From: a virus
Lineage: Duplodnaviria > Caudoviricetes
Direction: 5' to 3' (one strand)
IMG/VR virus record: IMGVR_UViG_3300017716_001756
Span: 1 to 64,000 of that record
DNA: 64,000 nt
Shown: positions 58,284 through 64,000 of the stretch, piece by piece
How positions within the stretch are numbered: position 1 is the stretch's first letter
Layout of the letters: each line of letters opens with the position of its first letter
Position numbers and translations under genes: made by a program
Notes under the pieces: model-generated
Seen by the model: the letters and a program-made list of their open reading frames with translations, nothing else
What the model was told of the DNA's origin: nothing
Database searches by the model: none

Positions 58284-60864
58284 CTTCCGGGGGTTCAAAG
58301 ATTTTCTGCTTAAACTCATGGCCAAGCCGGAACTCACCGGCATTGACCTTGAGACCCATAACGATAACGCCCACGCGGGCATCAAACAGTACGACGAAGA
58401 CGGTGTCTTCGATCTTCGTCGTACTGTCATCACTGGTTTCTCCCTCTACAAGGACGGTGAGAACGAAGCTTACTATTTCAATCTGGAACAGGCTGACGTA
58501 GAGAATCGGCTGACTTGGGAAGAAGTAAAACCTGTTCTTGAGGCGAACGCCAGTGGTCTGTGGATAGCTCACAACGCCACGTTTGAACGTACCATGCTGT
58601 TGTCCGTGAAGGATTACCAGCTTGATGATGAGCGCCTGATCGACACCATGCAAATGGCAGTGTCGAACCATAATCGCGACGAATATTCTATTGAGTCTCT
58701 CGTCAGCACCGGCATTGAGGCGTTTGCTCCGATCATTCCGAAGGCGGCTGTAGCCTTTGCCGAATTCGCTGGCCGTAATCATATGACCAGCGAACAATCT
58801 GAGGTTCTCGGCCAAGTCATTGGCAAATCCTCCAAGGCGGCGTTCAGTTATAACGGCTTGGTCAAGAGCATCGCTTACGGCTATGGCCTCAAGCAGATCG
58901 TTGAACGTTTCTTCGGGGTCAAGATGACGACCTACGAGGAAGTGCTGCGTGGGCGTAAGCACATGGGCCTTCTTACGGGTGACGAAGTTGTCGAGTATGG
59001 TGCCGATGATGCCTATTGGGCAGTGCGTGTCTTCAAGGAACTGAAGGACCGGATGCTGGAAAGCAACCCGCTGGTTCTCAAGACGTTCCTGACGCAAGAG
59101 AATCCGATGATCAAAGTGTACTCCGATGTTTGGAGACATGGGGTTCGCATCAATACCCCTAACGTCAAGGCCCGACAGGCAGTTGAGCGTGATGCTTACG
59201 CTATGAAGTTGCGTGAGCTTCGTCCCGTGATTCGGGGGCTTCTGCCGTTTGACGAAGCTCCCCACGCAGGGTTGGCTAAGGACGACAAGTCCTATATGAG
59301 AAACGAAGCTTACAAGAAATACCGTAAGCGTATCGAAGATTGGGCAAACACTGACGACAGTGGTATGACCAACTACGAAGTCAGTAAGCAAGTCTCCGGT
59401 GCGGTTTCAGAGTCGTGGACCTATGAGCACGACGATAAGAACGGCGACCTTAACTTCGCCTACTGGATGACGCAGCGCGTCTTGATGTACGACCTGTTCC
59501 GTATCCCTGTGCTCAAGTACAAGGGTAAGGTACAGTCGGACGCCGACGCCCGTGGTAAGCTCATGGAGAAAATGAGCGGTGAAAAGCTTGCCGCCATGAG
59601 GATTCTCAATGAAATGGTGGGTATTGAGCAGCGCATGAAGCTGTATCTCAATCCTTATCTGATGCTTCTTGATCCTGAAACTGATAGAATCTATCCGCAG
59701 CTTTCGTCTATGCTAAACACTCGGCGCATGGGTACTTCGTTCCCCAATCCTATGCAGCTTAGCAAGCGTGGTGAGAGTACCTATATTCGAGGATTCTATC
59801 TACCCGATGAAGAAGACCACGTTATTGTTTCATTGGATTGGTCTAGCTTTGAGCTTGTTATCATTGGTGAGCTTAGTGGTGATCCTGAATTTGCCCGTAA
59901 TTTTTCACAGCTTCCCTTTGGCGACCTCCATACTGGCGCTGCTGTCGATTGCCTACGGGTCACGATACCGGAACTCACGCTAGACCTGTTTAACAATCTG
60001 GACACTCTGTCCATTGAGGAAATCAATGCTATTAACCCGAAGATTCTTATCGATCCATCGGGTAATAGTATGGACCCCAAGAAGGCCAAGAAGTTCTGGC
60101 GAACTGTCGTCGGCAAAGGAGCCAACTTCAACTACTTCTACTCTGGTGCCCTCTCCACTGTTGGAGACACGCTAGGCTGGTCGTCTGATACCATGTGGGA
60201 AGCGACGGATAGATACCGTCAACGCTTCGCAGTGGCTGAAGCGTGGCGCGTTGATACCATCCAGCGTCTGCAACGTGACGGCTATCTGACCCTGCCTGAC
60301 GGCCACCGTAGGGTTCGTTATGAGGCTACCCAAGAGTGGGCCAGCTTCATGAAGAACCAGTTCTCTCAGAAGCAACAGTATCTTGGCCTCCAAACCAAGG
60401 CACTGACCACCTTCGGGGGGCTTGTTATCAAGTCCTTGCAGTCCAGAGCCAACAACCAAGGTGTAAACGCACTGGTGCAAGGCACTAACGCCTTCATCGC
60501 CAAGCGTTCCATCCTCAGGATCATCCCTGCGGCTACGGCTGCTGGTTTGAGGTTCCGTTTCATGTTCCCTGTTCACGACGAGCTTGTCTGGTCAGTTCAT
60601 AGGGACGATGTTGCAGCTTTCATTCAGATCGCTCGCGCCATTATGACGGATCACCCTGATATCTTCCCGACCCTGAAGCTAGATTGTACTCCCTCTGTTG
60701 GTCGTACCTTCGAGCCTTGGGACGCTAAGAAAGCCCCTGTGGGTCAGATTGAGCTTGCAGAAATCCAAGCTGATATGTTCGGGTTCAAGAGGAACCAGAA
60801 CATTGTAGAAGACACTAACGCTATCCAAGAAATTGTAAGGAACCTATATGAAAAACGGACCTGA
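58231..60864 (+). CDS. Family A DNA polymerase with 3'-5' exonuclease domain
   Basis: Exo motifs GIDLET, AHNATFE, YGADD; polymerase motifs LDWSSFEL (A), GKGANFNYFY (B), VQG, PVHDEL (C). Confidence 0.95.
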   Translation: MQTPPHDKIRSVLIDRRNFRGFKDFLLKLMAKPELTGIDLETHNDNAHAGIKQYDEDGVFDLRRTVITGFSLYKDGENEAYYFNLEQADVENRLTWEEVKPVLEANASGLWIAHNATFERTMLLSVKDYQLDDERLIDTMQMAVSNHNRDEYSIESLVSTGIEAFAPIIPKAAVAFAEFAGRNHMTSEQSEVLGQVIGKSSKAAFSYNGLVKSIAYGYGLKQIVERFFGVKMTTYEEVLRGRKHMGLLTGDEVVEYGADDAYWAVRVFKELKDRMLESNPLVLKTFLTQENPMIKVYSDVWRHGVRINTPNVKARQAVERDAYAMKLRELRPVIRGLLPFDEAPHAGLAKDDKSYMRNEAYKKYRKRIEDWANTDDSGMTNYEVSKQVSGAVSESWTYEHDDKNGDLNFAYWMTQRVLMYDLFRIPVLKYKGKVQSDADARGKLMEKMSGEKLAAMRILNEMVGIEQRMKLYLNPYLMLLDPETDRIYPQLSSMLNTRRMGTSFPNPMQLSKRGESTYIRGFYLPDEEDHVIVSLDWSSFELVIIGELSGDPEFARNFSQLPFGDLHTGAAVDCLRVTIPELTLDLFNNLDTLSIEEINAINPKILIDPSGNSMDPKKAKKFWRTVVGKGANFNYFYSGALSTVGDTLGWSSDTMWEATDRYRQRFAVAEAWRVDTIQRLQRDGYLTLPDGHRRVRYEATQEWASFMKNQFSQKQQYLGLQTKALTTFGGLVIKSLQSRANNQGVNALVQGTNAFIAKRSILRIIPAATAAGLRFRFMFPVHDELVWSVHRDDVAAFIQIARAIMTDHPDIFPTLKLDCTPSVGRTFEPWDAKKAPVGQIELAEIQADMFGFKRNQNIVEDTNAIQEIVRNLYEKRT

Positions 60865-61408
60865 ACTGTGGGACAAAATCCTGTCTCATTTCCCTGAAGA
60901 CACTATCCTCGCTGGTGGTGCTGTACGAGACTTCTTCCTTGGCGTAGAGCCGAAGGACTTTGATCTGTTCAGCCCCTATAGCTCATACAAAGCTGACATT
61001 GAGGGGATGAACCACATCGACTTCGATGATGGTGAAGGTACCCATGCTGAAGAATATGAGGCCATGGGTGAAATCGGTATCGTCATGAAGGGCGAGATTG
61101 AAGGTGTGAATGTCGATTACATCGGTATGCATCTGGACGATCCTGTCGCTATGATCGAGAGCTTCGATACGGATATCAACCAAGTCTTCTTTGCCCGTGG
61201 GGGTCGTCTGTATAAGAAGGCAGGGTTCATCAAGGCACTGGAAACCAAGATCGTGACAGTGCAACGGGGTGACCGATTGGAGCGTACCCAAGAACGCTTT
61301 GACCGCTTTAATCTCAAGATGCACGGACAGTTCACCCTCGTTGTCCCTGAGGGTTTAGCGATGCCTGAAGTTACGAACGATCCTGAGTTTAATTTCGGAG
61401 CAGACTAA
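60848..61408 (+). CDS. Nucleotidyltransferase (CCA/poly(A) polymerase head-like)
   Basis: LAGGAVRD...PKDFDLF and SFDTDINQV motifs. Confidence 0.8.
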   Translation: MKNGPELWDKILSHFPEDTILAGGAVRDFFLGVEPKDFDLFSPYSSYKADIEGMNHIDFDDGEGTHAEEYEAMGEIGIVMKGEIEGVNVDYIGMHLDDPVAMIESFDTDINQVFFARGGRLYKKAGFIKALETKIVTVQRGDRLERTQERFDRFNLKMHGQFTLVVPEGLAMPEVTNDPEFNFGAD

Positions 61409-61422
61409 GCTATACTGCCGGT

Positions 61423-61875
61423 ATGACAAAAGCAAAAAACACCGGCAAATCTAGTGAAGCTCTCTTCGACAACACCATCAAAAGTGTTTACGGAATCAAG
61501 GGCCACGTCCAAATCTTCTACGACGCTGCTTACCTTCATGGTTTGAACCGTCGTCCTGTACTAGCCCCGGAACAACCAGCCGACAGACTGGTGACCGTTA
61601 ATGGAACGACTTTCTACGCAGAGATTAAATCAGTTTCTGATGGAAAGTCGTTCCCATTTGGGATGATAAAAACGAATCAAAAGGCTGCTGCGAAGTTGCA
61701 AACGCTCGCTGAAGGACTATATAACTTCTTCGTCCACGATCTTGCTACAGATACATTCTACGTTGTCCCCGCCTCTCAAGTGCTCGCCACTATGGAGGCT
61801 GGTAAACAGTCTCTGAAGTGGAGCGAAATGACTGTCTGGCAAGACTACGAGACGTATAAGGAGTCACATGACTAA
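61423..61875 (+). CDS. PD-(D/E)xK nuclease, probable Holliday junction resolvase (RecU-like)
   Basis: QPADRL...FYAEIKS. Confidence 0.7.
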   Translation: MTKAKNTGKSSEALFDNTIKSVYGIKGHVQIFYDAAYLHGLNRRPVLAPEQPADRLVTVNGTTFYAEIKSVSDGKSFPFGMIKTNQKAAAKLQTLAEGLYNFFVHDLATDTFYVVPASQVLATMEAGKQSLKWSEMTVWQDYETYKESHD

Positions 61876-62419
61876 TCCCCCCTTCACCGACGTAATGGTT
61901 GATATCGAGACTACAGGAACACAGCCTAACCGATCAGGTATTCTTCAGATCGGTGCCGTGAAATTTAATCTTGCTGAGCGAACAGTTTCTCCAAACCTGT
62001 TCAACCGATCCCTTCGTGTCCCCGCGTGGCGGTCTTGGGATGAAGACACCCGAGAGTGGTGGGCCAAGCAGCCTGATGTTCTATACAACATCGTAGCTCG
62101 CTCAGAGTCCCCCCGAGTGGTGATGGACGACTTCGTCCAGTGGGCCATGCAGCCCGGTGGCCAGCTTCGGTTCTGGGCCAAGCCCACCAGCTTTGACTTC
62201 TCGTTTGTCAGTTCCTATCTGAGAGACTTCGAGCTTCCTCAGCCGTTTTCCTACAGGGATGCCACAGATATGAACTCGTTCTTCAGTGGGCTTTACTTCC
62301 CCCTTCCCGTTGACCGTGAGGGCGAGCCCACTATGGTCGGCACCGCACACAACGCATTAGCTGACGCCCTCTTCCAGACCAAGCTCGTGTTCCACCACGC
62401 AGATAAGGTAGGCAAATGA
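61868..62419 (+). CDS. DEDDh 3'-5' exonuclease
   Basis: VMVDIETTG, IGAVKF, WAKPTSFDF, HNALADALFQ. Confidence 0.88.
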   Translation: MTNPPFTDVMVDIETTGTQPNRSGILQIGAVKFNLAERTVSPNLFNRSLRVPAWRSWDEDTREWWAKQPDVLYNIVARSESPRVVMDDFVQWAMQPGGQLRFWAKPTSFDFSFVSSYLRDFELPQPFSYRDATDMNSFFSGLYFPLPVDREGEPTMVGTAHNALADALFQTKLVFHHADKVGK

Positions 62420-62551
62420 GTAGAGCAGAAATTGAAATCGGGGCCATCGCAATGTTTACAGTGGCGTATCCCGGAAGTAATTGGTACTCCGTAGGCTATG
62501 CTGTCCGTCATAGTTGGAGGGTCAAATTTAGCGAAATGGTGCGGGAGTCCT

Positions 62552-63544
62552 ATGCGTAACCCACAAATCGAACTGAACGGTAAGCTGTACCAAACCATCG
62601 GTGATAGCCACCTTGGTCGTAAATATGTGAATGGCGTCCCCCTCCATATGCGGGGCAAAATCGAGGAAATGCAGCGTGAAAAATTCGAAAGCCTTTTGGG
62701 AATTGATGGTGTTCAAGGGTATATTCTGGTTGGCGATAGCTTTGACGACTTTATCGTCGATCCTACTGACGTTGACTATGCTTCTAGCACTATTCTCACT
62801 GCTGCCCGTAATAATCCCGACCGCCGGGTTGTGGTACTTGGTGGGAATCATGATGAATCGAAAGACCTTACTCGCAAGTCTTCTTTCGACAACCTTAAAA
62901 CAATCCTCAAAGAAGCGGCGCTAAGCAATGTTTCCGTTATCGAGGAACCCACTATCATCGATGGAGTGGGGTATATTAGCTGGTCTGCTAAGTATTCCGC
63001 AAAAGAACTCGCTGAACAACTGGTTAGTAAAGCGGGGGATGAACGTCTTGCCGCTGTCTTCGGCCATTGGGACGTTGTACTGCCGTCCAACGCCAACCAT
63101 TACAACATGGTGCCCACAGACACGCTGGTAGCTATCACGAATAAGGTAGTCACTGGTCACGTCCATAAGCCCGGTGTGATTGAGCGTGATGGTATAGAGA
63201 TTACTATGACCGGATCGATCATGCCTCTGGCCCACGGAGAAGAGACGGATGAAGATGAACTGTTCTACACAATCACCAGACAGGACTACGATGCGGACCC
63301 GGCAAAGTACGAGGGCAAGTTTGTTCGCTTCACGCTATTTGAAGACGAGGAACTCCCTGATGGCAATTTCCTTCAGATCAAAGCCTACGTCAAACCCACT
63401 AAGCAATCTCTTGAAGATGATTCAGGGCCGACTGAGTTTGATATATCCAAGATTCTGACCAAGTTCCTGATCGATCAAGAGATTGCCCCCGACAAGACTG
63501 CCGAAGTAGTAGAGAGATTTAATGCTAAACAAGATCGAGATTAG
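62552..63544 (+). CDS. SbcD/Mre11-like metallophosphoesterase nuclease
   Basis: GDSH, VGDSFD, GGNHD, GHWD, GHVH, GS motifs. Confidence 0.9.
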   Translation: MRNPQIELNGKLYQTIGDSHLGRKYVNGVPLHMRGKIEEMQREKFESLLGIDGVQGYILVGDSFDDFIVDPTDVDYASSTILTAARNNPDRRVVVLGGNHDESKDLTRKSSFDNLKTILKEAALSNVSVIEEPTIIDGVGYISWSAKYSAKELAEQLVSKAGDERLAAVFGHWDVVLPSNANHYNMVPTDTLVAITNKVVTGHVHKPGVIERDGIEITMTGSIMPLAHGEETDEDELFYTITRQDYDADPAKYEGKFVRFTLFEDEELPDGNFLQIKAYVKPTKQSLEDDSGPTEFDISKILTKFLIDQEIAPDKTAEVVERFNAKQDRD

Positions 63545-64000
63545 AAATGTATTCGCACATAAACATACGGTTATCGATTTCAACACCGGACTTACTCGAC
63601 TTCATGGGGCTAACGAGGCGGGTAAATCCCAAGTCTTCGAAATGGTCAGATGGGCACTCTTCGGCAGCAAGGCGCTTCGTACCTCTGTCGAAGACTACAA
63701 AGGCGGCTCCGTTACCCTCACGTTCAATGGAGACTATACGGTACATAGAACCACTGCGAATGCCACCCTCCACTATAAGGGAGAGTTGGTCGCCCGGTCG
63801 TCCTCTGCTGTAAACAAGAAGATCATCGAAATCATCGGCTACGGTCTCAAGACGTTCGACAACGTTAACTCCATCCAGCAGGATGAAGTGACCAAGCTGA
63901 CCAAGATGAAAGCCGAAGAACGCAAGAAGTTCCTTGACGAATTGATTGGCGCTGCCCAGATCGATGCTCTTACTACTGAATACCGTACCGAGGTCGCTAT
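63522..64000 (+). CDS. SbcC/Rad50-like ATPase, 3' end outside the window
   Basis: Manual translation from ATG 63522: MLNKIEIRNVFAH...GANEAGKS...ALFG...IQQDEV; no stop before the window end. Confidence 0.88.
   Translation, partial: MLNKIEIRNVFAHKHTVIDFNTGLTRLHGANEAGKSQVFEMVRWALFGSKALRTSVEDYKGGSVTLTFNGDYTVHRTTANATLHYKGELVARSSSAVNKKIIEIIGYGLKTFDNVNSIQQDEVTKLTKMKAEERKKFLDELIGAAQIDALTTEYRTEVA

Overview
This window is part of a tailed dsDNA phage genome (siphovirus-type, lytic-looking; no integrase seen). The host is probably an alphaproteobacterium, inferred from GAAC-N7-GAAC SOS-box arrays and an A73, G-1-less tRNA-His-like gene. From 1 to 23.4 kb, the minus strand carries the morphogenesis module: central tail fibre (runs off the left edge), I/JAB/NlpC/L/M-type tail tip genes, a 1970-aa tape measure, G/GT chaperones with a -1 slippery site, tail tube, neck genes, capsid, scaffold/protease, portal, large terminase and an HNH gene. 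From 23.4 to 26.7 kb, the plus strand carries a probable small terminase and a primase-helicase. From 27 to 50 kb lies a long early/accessory region. It contains 10+ copies of a TCACGG-NN-CCGTGA operator-like palindrome, a 249-bp concentric AT-rich dyad, a cluster of KOW/SH3-like paralogues, an M28 peptidase, an odd 127-nt tRNA-like gene, a SleB hydrolase, a glycosylase-like protein and an RNA ligase. From 50 to 64 kb is the replication/recombination module: SF2 helicase, probable SSB, 5'-3' exonuclease, two HD hydrolases, family A DNA polymerase, nucleotidyltransferase, resolvase, 3'-5' exonuclease and an SbcD/SbcC pair (runs off the right edge). The best candidate for a new system is the helicase gene. 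Its Walker A motif is split in frame by GGA-TAG-[GCCC GAAA GGGC hairpin]-CAT-GGA, which has the hallmarks of a T4 gene-60-type ribosomal bypass, and it sits directly behind a decayed HNH endonuclease. All protein calls are from motif recognition by eye; no database searches were run.
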